A stretch of 62,935 bases of DNA, filler included, from Reticulomyxa filosa (lineage: Eukaryota > Protista > Foraminifera): assembly GCA_000512085.1 (NCBI GenBank). It is 21 parts of 21 records of this genome, joined end to end, with 100 filler letters (N's around TTAATTAATTAA, not from the genome) between each part and the next. Parts side by side here need not be neighbours in the genome. Positions count along the whole stretch, not along the records: positions 1 to 1,118 come from ASPP01025845.1; positions 1,219 to 2,302 come from ASPP01023826.1; positions 2,403 to 3,576 come from ASPP01008415.1; positions 3,677 to 7,665 come from ASPP01011870.1; positions 7,766 to 8,980 come from ASPP01002389.1; positions 9,081 to 10,346 come from ASPP01002150.1; 15 more parts are not named here. The stretch is one strand, 5' to 3'. Below are positions 1 to 10,446 of the stretch, piece after piece. Both the position numbers and the translations under genes were made by a program. The notes beneath the pieces were generated by a model, which saw only the letters and a program-made list of their open reading frames with translations, was not told the origin of the DNA and did no database searches. How positions within the stretch are numbered: position 1 is the stretch's first letter; each line of letters begins with the position of its first letter.

Positions 1-284
1 CCTTATTTTGTCATTCTTGTGATCGAATATATTGTATGCTGTGATAACATCATAGGTAAAATTTTGTTTGAAGTAGTATCATTATTTTTGTTTTTTTGTT
101 GGTCTTTCTAATATGCTAACTTGCAAATTATAAACTTATTGAAACTGTCCTCTCTCTCTCCTCCGCCCTCCCCTCTTTTCCATTTGAGAAGTATTTTGTG
201 TAAAGACAAACATAAAACTAAATTCGAATTTTTTTATATTACACAAATTGGAGAATGAATAAATAAATAAAAAAAAAAAGAGTG

Positions 285-1110
285 TAATGAATGATATTTC
301 AAAAATGGTTTCGTCACACGAACATGAGGCAAGAGTGGCGAAATATCGACGCATGTGATATAAGGGAGATGAGCAACAAGAGTAGCAAATATTTGTTGTA
401 GATGGATCATATAATCTCGCGAGCATAACATAATCATTTGACCATCTGGCGAAAACTTGGCACCATTGACACTATTATTGAGTCCTACGAATATTTTCAA
501 TTGTTTTCCTGACACGACCGTCCCATAGCCGAAGTGTATTATCAGTTGAGCCAGACACAATGAATCGAACCATCTGGAGAAAACTGTGCTCGCTGCACAT
601 TGTTGCGATGTCCTCTTTCACATGTGCTTACACTCCAAATGCCAAGAGTGGAGTCTGTCGACGACGACGACGATACAAGCAATCGACCGTCAGTCGAAAA
701 TTGTACGTGATTGACATAATCGGAATGACCTTCTAGTCTTTTCATCTCTTGTCCGGATTTTATATCCCACAATCGAATTGTTTTATCTATCGAACTTAAA
801 GCAATTGCATTACCATCTGGTGAAAAGTATATACTTGTCACATTCCAAGTAATATTTTTATCTCTTGTCCTGACTCTACACTCCACAATTGGATCGTTTC
901 ATCTTTGAACAAGACCAATTAGTTTTCTGTCTGGTGAAAATTTTGCATCCAACACCCAAAGCGTATGATTATTCAATACATTCATTTACTGTCCTGATGC
1001 CACGTCCCATATTCGAACGGTTCTGTCATAAAACGCGGACACAAATGACACACTTTTTATTAAGTCTACATGATCACGGAGGATCTTTACTAGTTCAAAA
1101 TGTTTAGCCT
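285..1110 (-). pseudogene. WD40-repeat protein pseudogene
   Basis: WD repeats spread over several frames (AKHFELVKILRDH, DRTVRIWDVASGQ*, FSPDGNAIALSSIDKTIRLWDIKSG, EGHSDYVNHVQFSTDG, FSPDGQM) with an in-frame stop and frameshifts. Confidence 0.85.
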
Positions 1111-1218
1111 ATTTCGAANNNNNNNNNNNNNNNNNNNNNNNNNNNNNNNNNNNNNNNNNNNNTTAATTAATTAANNNNNNNNNNNNNNNNNNNNNNNNNN
1201 NNNNNNNNNNNNNNNNNN

Positions 1219-1994
1219 ATAACGAATGGCAACGTATACAACACGAAGACCGACGCATATAGTTTCGGCATAACGATGTGGGAAGTGTTTGCCGGGTCGG
1301 AGCCTTATCCCCAATCTCACCAAAACAAGTGTGGTGGCCCAAGTGTTGCATAAAAAATGCCGTCCTTTTTGTACCCATGCATTGGCCCACGCCTTTGGCG
1401 TATCCTCCATTACCTCGCTCCAACTTCAATCGGTCTCCACAACTCTCTGTAGGTTATTACTCTCCTTTTATTTTAATGTACGTATACATATATATGTATA
1501 TGTATCCTAATTTGTCGATAGAGGAGGAAAAAAAAAAAAAAAAAAGAAAAGCAAAAAGAAATGAAAACGAAGAGGACATAGCTGAAGCAGAGAGAGAGAG
1601 AGAGAAAACATTTGTGTTGGAAGCATACGAGGCTGGAAGTGAACCCCGTCATTTGGGTGAACATGTGGTGCAAGCCCATTCGAAGGTAATGTCGACGCCT
1701 ATTTTAACATCCCCTCCGATGACGATCCATCATGAACTAAATCAAAACAGCGAAAGAATCAGTAAAATTGAAAATAATCAAACTTCTGTTCACATCACTG
1801 ACAAAGACGCTGCCACCAAAGATTTATCTACAGTTTTGGAAGACAACACACCACATTTTAGTGGTCAAGGAAACAGTATCATCAGTCATGAAGAAAGTCA
1901 CACTCGAAGTAGTCATGATCAGTTTGTGGGTGCATCACCACGATCAACAAGTGACAAAAATGATTATGCTAATGATGAAGTAAATAAAAAGTAA
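1219..1994 (+). CDS. Protein kinase (TK/TKL-like) 3' fragment, subdomains IX-X plus low-complexity tail; 5' truncated
   Basis: Frame from 1219 reads ITNGNVYNTKTDAYSFGITMWEVFAGSEPYP (DxxSFG..xWE motif); it continues NLTKTSVVAQVLHKKCRPF/VPMHWPTPLAY after slips at CCCC (1309-1312) and a T run near 1366-1370. Not shown in the ORF track. Confidence 0.75.
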
Positions 1995-2896
1995 ATCTGA
2001 ATAGACTGGCGAACAACATATTCCAAATGTTGTCTTTCTTTTTTTTTTTTTTCTTGTAGCTTCATGCAACAGCTTTTTGGTTTGTGTGGGCAGGATCCAT
2101 TTTATTTATTTTTTTTTTTTTGTGTAATGAAAAAATGTCGCAAAACAGCGGTAAACTTTCCAACTCCAATTATTACAAAAAAAATTGTCACAAGTTCTGG
2201 AAATAAAAGTTTTTTAATATGTTTTTCTTTTTCATTTCTTCCCTTTTGTGTTGTCAATTTTGTTGGTTTAATACAATTGATGCAAAAGATTTTTTTATAT
2301 ATNNNNNNNNNNNNNNNNNNNNNNNNNNNNNNNNNNNNNNNNNNNNTTAATTAATTAANNNNNNNNNNNNNNNNNNNNNNNNNNNNNNNNNNNNNNNNNN
2401 NNAACGCAAGTAAAGAAACAAGTAAAACAAGAGGAAAGTGAGTAGTACTAAGAAGAGGGTTTTAACCCACTGAGGTCCCACCGTTCCGTTAGTATTTAAG
2501 GACGTAATGTAGTGACTTTCCCTACATAAGTATTCAAAGAAAGCAAAATTGATAAACAAACTGTATTTTTGTTTGTACTTCTTTCAGTGCTGCTACTACA
2601 ATCGAAATTTTACTTGTTGTAATTAAATTTATTTTTTTCTGAATTCTCAATAAATCAAAAGAACAAACAATTATGTCGATATAACTCACGTAGTCCCATT
2701 GACTGTCAACAATAAATGTCTGAAACTGTGTTCACAACTGCTGTATCAACTGTATGCATTGTGGTACAATACTTCATTATATGTGCTAAAAGCAAAAAAC
2801 TTGTTTCTGCTGGGGACTCAATTTTTCTGGCTCTCTCGGTAATAAAACATTATTATTTCTTATACATACCGAGTGATTTCAGTATCTGCGGTGAAC

Positions 2897-3543
<647 letters not shown>

Positions 3544-3678
3544 TAATGAACTGTGCAATGTGATCCCTTTTTTTTTNNNNNNNNNNNNNNNNNNNNNNNN
3601 NNNNNNNNNNNNNNNNNNNNTTAATTAATTAANNNNNNNNNNNNNNNNNNNNNNNNNNNNNNNNNNNNNNNNNNNNAA

Positions 3679-3709
<31 letters not shown>

Positions 3710-3725
3710 GTATATAAAATGTTTC

Positions 3726-4660
3726 ATTTTCTGTTTGTATATTACAAGCATCAGATCTCTCCATATCTGGCATAAACACTTTTGGTCGAATTAAAAAAAT
3801 GATTCCAATCACATACACCAGTAGTATGACTACATGAATTTTGGTGAAATGATAGTGTTTATCCAACATCCACGACAACAACGCGATAAAAATGGGATAA
3901 CTGGATATTATAGTCACACAGTCAGCCAATGGCAATAGGCTTAGTGCATAAAAGTAGCAACAAGCGGATACACCCATTAACACTCCACGACATACCTTTC
4001 ATCCAATCAAACAAAGAAGCAACCTCAAAAAATATGTACACATATTTCTATATAGCGCGTATGTATACATATTTTCAAAACTGTCCACAGTATAATGTTT
4101 TGGCTATCACGCCTACATTTTGTTTTCCACTCATAAATGAGATCGTCTTTTTTTATTAGACATGCCGCCAATATTAACAACAATTGCATCATTTTATTGG
4201 CTACCATTACTTCAAAGCATGGAACGTGCTCATTTTTTGTTCTTGTTGGTGCTGTCAAATAATCAATTAACGCAAAAAAGAGAGAAAACGTCAGTGTTGA
4301 CAAAAATAACAGTGTGGTGCTCAAACGGTAAATGCTGGAATACGTGTGATACTTTTGTGGAATACAAGATGGTAGTACGCCTTCTTGTGTTTTACTTGGG
4401 GATGTGTCAATATAATCGAAATGATAAGTTTCAATCGACAATGTACGCTGTCGATCGTTCTTTAACAGTTTGTCTTTTGCAGTAGCTTTTTCATTTTCGA
4501 CTGGTCCTTTCGATGCAACCATTGCTTTTGGTGTTTCAACGACAACTGCACTTGTCGATGCTGAAGCATTTCGCCCTACATCTTCGTTCCATAGCATCTT
4601 TTCTCTTAATATGGAATGTCAAAATGGGACAAACTTAGGGTTCGTTGTTCCTGCATTAGT
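3726..4660 (-). CDS. EamA/DMT (SLC35G-like) transporter, 3' truncated; ORF 4606-5169 may be a 5' extension
   Basis: FYALSLLPLADCVTIISSYPIFIALLSWML...VIGIIFLIRP is an EamA repeat signature; upstream TM helices in ORF 4025-4597. Exon structure and start uncertain. Confidence 0.7.
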
Positions 4661-5462
4661 TTACTCCGGAAAATACGCTTCAAGCAAGCTGTTGCGCAAA
4701 GAAAGAAGTACATATTTAATTCAATTTTGAAAACAGAAGTATTTCCGTTATATATATATATATTGTGACTGAATTTAAACGAGTTTTCCCTTTTTCCAAC
4801 ATAGCATCTGTGCTCGTTTGTCTTTTCTGATTCTGCGTTTTTTATAAATATCGCAATCTTCTTTTTTTTGCTACGCAATGATGACCACATACGAGGCAAA
4901 AGCAACTGACGAAAGTATTCTCGTAAATTTTTCAGAGGAACAGCCCGAACGGAAAAACGGCTCGAAAAGTGAAACGAGCGAAGCAAAGGAGCAATGGTCG
5001 ACTTGTACCAGTAACAACAGACACCACAGTAGTAATTTGTGTGATCTACAGCACTTATCGAAGCAGTGCCTTCTGCGGGCTTGACCATCACGATGTGTTG
5101 GTCCCTCGGCCCATCTGCCTCAGCGATAGTATTTTCCCTACCGCCAAGGCGCTCGATCTCAAATGCCATATCTCGGACACAAAAAATAATTCCACATTTA
5201 ATATTTTTAAAGCAAGCAGTTCCATTCCGTTGTCTTCGACTTGTTGCTCAATAACAAATCCAAGTGAATGCAGCGCACAGGCAAAATCACAATGTCCGGG
5301 CTGCGGTATATTTGTTTTACAAACCGCTAGAGAGTCACTACGTCATAAACGAAGATGCTTTCAAAAACGTAAGGACAAATCTTTTTTTTTCCTTCTCTTT
5401 TTTTTGTAATTGTTACACCAGTTCATAACAAATAAACATGAAACAGTCTATCGGTGCCATAA

Positions 5463-6092
5463 ATGTTTTGTATTGACATCGAGCCTGAAAGAAGTATCGG
5501 CACACAAGAAAGTTTGTCAAAATCGCCAACCCAAACAAGAAAAACCAAAAAAAAAAAGAAAGAGAAAAAAATGACTATTGACAAACCAGAAATCAAATAT
5601 CAATGCGAGGAATGTAACAAGGTTTTCAAGAGCAACCGCAACCTGAAAGAACACATAACAGGTGTACATGTAAAACCTTTTGCGTGTCCTTACGAAATCT
5701 GTCAAATCACGAATAAAAGATTTGGCCAAAAGCGCTTCTTACGAGCGCATATCGAACGATTCCACTTAAAAGTTCGTGAAGAGTGCCCATTTTGCAACAA
5801 TTCTTTTTTTGATAAAAAATGCCTGAAAAAGCATATCGATGAGACTCATCTTCAATTAAAACCCTATTCTTGTTCCATATGCCAGAAATTATTTGCAAGG
5901 TTACATTTTCTTTATTATGTTTTGGTCGTTACTGAAAAAAATATTTGTGCGAATGTGTTGAATAGAAAGGAGAGTTTGCAGATCCATTGGAGTAGTCATT
6001 ATTGCTCAAAGGAAAACATATGTTCGTATTGTGGCAGTGTTTTCGTTCACAAAAAAAATTTACAAAGACATATAGCAACCTGTCAAAAATGA
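5463..6092 (+). CDS. C2H2 zinc-finger protein (five fingers) with one in-frame intron 5900-5965
   Basis: CEEC..H..H, CPYEIC..H..H, CPFC..H..H, CSIC..H..H (restored by splicing FAR|KESLQIHWSSH) and CSYC..H..C fingers. Confidence 0.9.
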   Translation: MFCIDIEPERSIGTQESLSKSPTQTRKTKKKKKEKKMTIDKPEIKYQCEECNKVFKSNRNLKEHITGVHVKPFACPYEICQITNKRFGQKRFLRAHIERFHLKVREECPFCNNSFFDKKCLKKHIDETHLQLKPYSCSICQKLFARLHFLYYVLVVTEKNICANVLNRKESLQIHWSSHYCSKENICSYCGSVFVHKKNLQRHIATCQK

Positions 6093-6405
6093 GTTAAACA
6101 AATTTTTGCTTAAATGGCTTGCTTGAGTGTTGTTACGTGTGGATTTAAAATAAATCACGAGATTTGTTTCTTGGCTTTGGGAAATTTCCTTATTCAAGAA
6201 AGACTTGCTCTAATTTTCATGCGCTTGCATTTTCAATATATTTTGGAAGTACAAAAATGTTTTTCCAATATAATATCAACAAAAACGTTGATTAAAAAAG
6301 AAAGGATAAAAGTAAAAAGTTTTAGAATTGGTTAATTCTTTACATCAAATATAGATTTCACAAAACATATACAACCGGAGAAATATGAGAGTGGACTGAA
6401 GAAAA

Positions 6406-7604
6406 TTATTTTTGTACGCTGCTAACAGTTCCGGATTTGTTCGAACGATCAATGTCAGAATCAAAACCAAACTCTTCTGGCGCAGCGTTGACAATGTATT
6501 GAACAGCAGCTTTTAAAATCGACAATGAAAAAGCGGCCTGTCCCTTGGTAGTGTTTTCTTCTGGCAAAACCAATTCAATGAAGCGAATAGATACGTGAGG
6601 ATTTTCAAGACGAGATTGAATGATGCAATACACTACAATAGGAAATAAATCATCAGTGCCCAAGGGTACAACCTTGGATTTTTCCACACCTTGCGACTTC
6701 TTTTTATCTATTGTTTTTATTGTTGGTTTGAGTATCGTGTTTTGTTGTGCTCAGATATAGTGAGGAAAAATGTATTACTAACTTTCGAAATTCCTCATTG
6801 CAATTTCATTAACTAATTTGATTGCCTCCAAAATCAAATTAATTCCTTTGTCAGGAGAGCAATGAATTTCGTTGTGTTTTTCCAATTCACCAATCATGTC
6901 AATTGCCTCATAAAACGGAACACTTGATGGATATTTATTCTATTCGAGAGAAAAAAGGTGTTACTTTTTTAAACGGAGAGAAGAAAAAAAAAAAATCAAA
7001 AGAAGATGAACTTCAGAATTAGTATCATTCCAATACTCTTGATTAATTTGAAGTTGGTCATGCTTGAGCGTTCGCATCCAACTTGTCTTTTTTCTGTACA
7101 TTTCATCCAAGTCATACAATTCTTGAAAAGTCGCAGTGATAATGTTTAATACCACACTTTGCGTGGATGATTGTCCCAAGACGCAGCGATATACAAATAT
7201 TCGGACACATTCATAGTATTGGCTCCTGTGAGTTACAACAAATGGAGAGAAGACGATTTTCGTATAAAAACTATCATATCTCAAAAAAAAACAAAAAAAA
7301 CAGATTAACTTGGACAATTGATAGGAATCAATGAAAGTGTGTGACAATTTGATCATGAAATCGCACAACGATTCCAGACTAACTTCACTTTGTTTCTGAA
7401 CAATCCATCGTAGCCATCGTGTTGTGATACGTCCTTCTTTGTTCTTTGATCCAGCACGAAGCTATCAAAAGTTTTTTGTTCTGCAACGTCATGTTCGTGA
7501 TAATAATAGCCCTCATTGCTTAGTTTAGTAAGCCGATAATTTTTGGACTTGGCCATTCTTTTCGACTCATATTGATTGAGCTTTTTGAAACCAAGCATCG
7601 TCAA
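6406..7604 (-). CDS. VPS9-domain Rab5-family GEF, multi-exon, 5' truncated
   Basis: LGTDDLFPIVVYCIIQS...IRFI...GQAAFSLSILKAAVQYI is the VPS9 signature; upstream exons in ORFs 6961-7368 and 7353-7604. Confidence 0.85.
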
Positions 7605-7626
7605 TGTTGTTTTTATTTGTGTATAA

Positions 7627-7665
<39 letters not shown>

Positions 7666-7765
7666 NNNNNNNNNNNNNNNNNNNNNNNNNNNNNNNNNNN
7701 NNNNNNNNNTTAATTAATTAANNNNNNNNNNNNNNNNNNNNNNNNNNNNNNNNNNNNNNNNNNNN

Positions 7766-7794
7766 GCGTTCAGTTTTCTTTGCAACCTACTGTA
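7766..7794. mobile_element. Terminus of a Tc1/mariner-like element (TIR plus TA) at contig start
   Basis: Reverse complement reads TA|CAGTAGGTTGCAAAGAAAACTGAACGC, nearly identical to the terminus at 19750-19777. Confidence 0.65.
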
Positions 7795-8270
7795 GTTGCA
7801 TTGGCGTTTTCTTTTTTATCTTCTCTTTTTCAAATCATATTTTGAAGACAGATTACCAATAGTTCTGAAATTTGTTGTCTAGAAGATTTACTCTTTACAA
7901 ATTCGCAATGACATTGTGTTGTTGAATTGGACATTTTCCATTACTTTGTTTCAAATGTTTTTGCAGACATTCTTCTCCAAACAAATACACTTGTTCTGCA
8001 TTTCTATGTTCATCACAATGCATTGCACTGAGCTGTTTGAAATTTGTTTGCAAATATAGCAGACAATGTGTTCAATTTCTCTGATTTGTTAGTCATCAAA
8101 GCCCAGTCTTTGTCATAATAACCAAAACTGAAAAATGTTTCCACATTTCAAAAGAAGAAGGGCGGATACCATTCCAGAGTTGTTGATATAAGTATTACAG
8201 TTGCGACAACGAGATACACATTATTTAAGTTTTTTATTATGTATTGGAATGAATTACATTTTTCATTGCA
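7795..8270 (-). pseudogene. RING/TRAF-like zinc-finger gene pseudogene
   Basis: Fragments YDKDWALMTNKSEKL, VCYICKQISN, HCDEHRNAEQVYLFGEECLQKHLKQSNGKCPIQQH and RQQISELLVIC in shifting frames. Confidence 0.7.
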
Positions 8271-9080
8271 ATTATTTCTTGCATTGTTTTTTCCAAGATT
8301 TCTTGTGAATAACAACAAAGACAAGAAGCAATTGACATCAAATAATGTGGAATTTGTTCTTTAAATCACATTTATTTCACATAACACAACAAAGCGAATA
8401 CAAATGTTCTATGTGACGTTTGTTTGAAATCCCTTGTCATACAATTCAACAAATTTATAATTTTCATTTTTCAAAAGAAAGCAAATGGTTTTTTGTGCAA
8501 GGCTTTAATAGTCTTTCTTGTTGCAAAAAAGAATTTAACGATCTTTTATTGTATTTTGAATTTGGACATAACAAAAGGCTCTTCAATAAAATATAAAAAG
8601 TTCATAAATATGTTGTTGTGTGAAATTACTTTTCTCAAACAATGTTCTGTCATTAAATTAAACAATATTTATATCCATTAATTTATTTTGTTTAAATTCA
8701 ATGTGTTTCTTTCTCCAATTACGTTTTGTCATTTCGTTTGTTATTTGTATATTCCATTGGCCCTCCAAATAGAACATTCAAAAGCAAATGATTCAATGTA
8801 TTTCTTTCTTTTTCTGTTGTTTTCAACATGAAAAATTGGAAAACATCACGATGATAAAACAAAGCGTTTTTTCTTGATTTCACAATCATATGATAAGCAA
8901 ATATGAATTGCGCACAACTCAAATTAACTTTCAAAAATCTTGTGTCCCTTGTCTAAAGAAAATGTGCACTCTGCCGAGGGNNNNNNNNNNNNNNNNNNNN
9001 NNNNNNNNNNNNNNNNNNNNNNNNTTAATTAATTAANNNNNNNNNNNNNNNNNNNNNNNNNNNNNNNNNNNNNNNNNNNN

Positions 9081-9223
9081 TGCAGTTTTTGCATAAAAAC
9101 TTTTGTTTACCTCTTGTTAAACCATGCCTGACATATTTTTCTGAATTACAAAACCTGCAATGCATTATCACTCCATACTAGTTGCTCCCCTAATATAACA
9201 TGTATCTAAATGTTGGCAATCCC
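9081..9223 (-). mobile_element. IS1-family-like element left end with InsA-type zinc-ribbon start (ATG at 9165); truncated by contig end
   Basis: GGAG RBS then MHCRFCNSEKYVRHGLTRG/[slip]QKFLCKNC, a C-x2-C...G...G.Q...C-x2-C ribbon typical of IS1-family transposases; candidate terminus GGGATTGCCAAC at 9223. Confidence 0.6.
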
Positions 9224-9615
9224 TTGATTTTACTGATTATTGATTATTTTATATTAATCAAATTTATTTCAATAGAGGTAGAATCAACACCATTTGTATT
9301 ATCAAATAAAAGTGAAATTGGGTTTTATTTTAAAGAATTCATCTTTTCATCTTTAATAAGCAATTTTTTCTTTATATTTGTCTTAACATTCTTTTATAAA
9401 ATGTATAAAAAATTAAAAGACGACCCACGAATCAGGGAATTAAGTTTGTGATCTAGTTATTAATATTCAGAGACGATTCATTGAACTTTATGGATTCTGT
9501 ATTTTCGGATATAGATATTAATCCATCGCCTATTTTTCCCAATTCGCTTGCTAAATATTATGAGATAGTTTTGAATTAATATCAGCGTTGAATTAATACA
9601 ATCTTTAAATTTATT

Positions 9616-9873
9616 TTGTGTGTAATTTTAAAATGCTGCTTTCTTATTTCACTAATACCAGTGAATATATCTTTCATATTTGCAGGAATAATCGGTGTGT
9701 TAGTTGATCCGAGTTTTGCTTTAATTGCTTTTTTCATTGCAATAATAACCCTTCTTCCTTTAACTAACATTTATTTTGTCAATTCATGGCTTAGCGTTTA
9801 TTGCATTATTGGTATTGATGTACTCATGTCTAGTATAAAAGAATCAAAAAAGAACAAGAAACACAGCAATTGA
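9616..9873 (+). CDS. Possible small bacterial membrane protein, convergent with the tRNA
   Basis: 85-aa hydrophobic ORF (GTG start) with a basic tail; no family recognised. Confidence 0.3.
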   Translation: MCVILKCCFLISLIPVNISFIFAGIIGVLVDPSFALIAFFIAIITLLPLTNIYFVNSWLSVYCIIGIDVLMSSIKESKKNKKHSN

Positions 9874-9884
9874 TAATTTAATAG

Positions 9885-9961
9885 TGGTGGGACCTGTAGG
9901 ACTTGAACCTACGACAACACCGTTATGAGCGGTGCGTTCTAACCAACTGAACTAAGGTCCC
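9885..9961 (-). tRNA. Bacterial tRNA with CAT anticodon, probably tRNA-Ile2 (lysidine type); CCA encoded
   Basis: GGGACCTTAGTTCAGTTGGTTAGAACGCACCGCTCATAACGGTGTTGTCGTAGGTTCAAGTCCTACAGGTCCCACCA folds as a full cloverleaf (77 nt). It lacks initiator features, and the acceptor and anticodon arms resemble bacterial Ile2. Confidence 0.92.
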
Positions 9962-10000
9962 AATATCTTTCAAAAATTTTAAGCATAGTTAGCTAGTAGT

Positions 10001-10029
10001 AGTATAGCAATAAAGTGCTCTTATGTCTA
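10001..10029 (-). promoter_or_regulatory. Sigma70-type promoter for the tRNA
   Basis: TAGACA (10029-10024), 17-bp spacer, TATACT (10006-10001) with extended -10 TGn; the -35 overlaps the fur stop codon. Confidence 0.7.
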
Positions 10030-10215
10030 TTCCTTTTTGCCTTCCGGAGGCTTTTTAGCTGTTAATGAACGCCCGTAAAGTTCCAAGCTATGATTGATCA
10101 ATTCATAACCTAGTTTTTTGGCAATTTTCTTCTTCAACTCTTCTATTTCAGGATCAAAGAATTCAATAATCTTGCCCGTATCAAGATCGATCAAATGGTG
10201 GTGGTGATGTTCATT
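10027..10215 (-). pseudogene. fur: Fur-family regulator, C-terminal half, interrupted by an IS
   Basis: NEHHHHHLIDLDTGKIIEFFDPEIEKLKKKIAKKLGYELINHSLELYGRS...* matches the Cys-less alphaproteobacterial Fur/Mur/Irr C-terminus (HxHLID..TG..IEF...IE...IA...G..L..H.LELYG). No start codon, so it is absent from the ORF track. Confidence 0.88.
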
Positions 10216-10216
10216 A

Positions 10217-10346
10217 GACTTCTTTCGAAACTAAAAGAAATAGATTAAAAAGTATTTAGTAACTAATATAGGAAGTTATGAAATACGAAGCTATCAAAGG
10301 GTTAAATTCAGACCAATTTCGCCGTTTAACCGGTGTAAAGAAAGAA
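10217..10346 (+). mobile_element. IS5-family (ISL2-like) element left end with transposase start at 10278; truncated by contig end
   Basis: TTA (10214-10216) then GACTTCTTTCGAAAC; AGGAAG RBS; MKYEAIKGLNSDQFRRLTGVKKE carries the FRRLTGV N-terminal motif of IS5/ISL2-type transposases. Confidence 0.8.
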
Positions 10347-10446
10347 NNNNNNNNNNNNNNNNNNNNNNNNNNNNNNNNNNNNNNNNNNNNTTAATTAATT
10401 AANNNNNNNNNNNNNNNNNNNNNNNNNNNNNNNNNNNNNNNNNNNN

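Noticed and set aside
9885-9961. Eukaryotic or initiator tRNA-Met
   Set aside because: Encoded CCA, paired 1:72 position, no three consecutive G-C pairs in the anticodon stem, and bacterial context.
8981-10446. Bacterial segment as HGT integrated between eukaryotic genes
   Set aside because: Bounded by linkers on both sides, with no physical junction to host DNA in the window.
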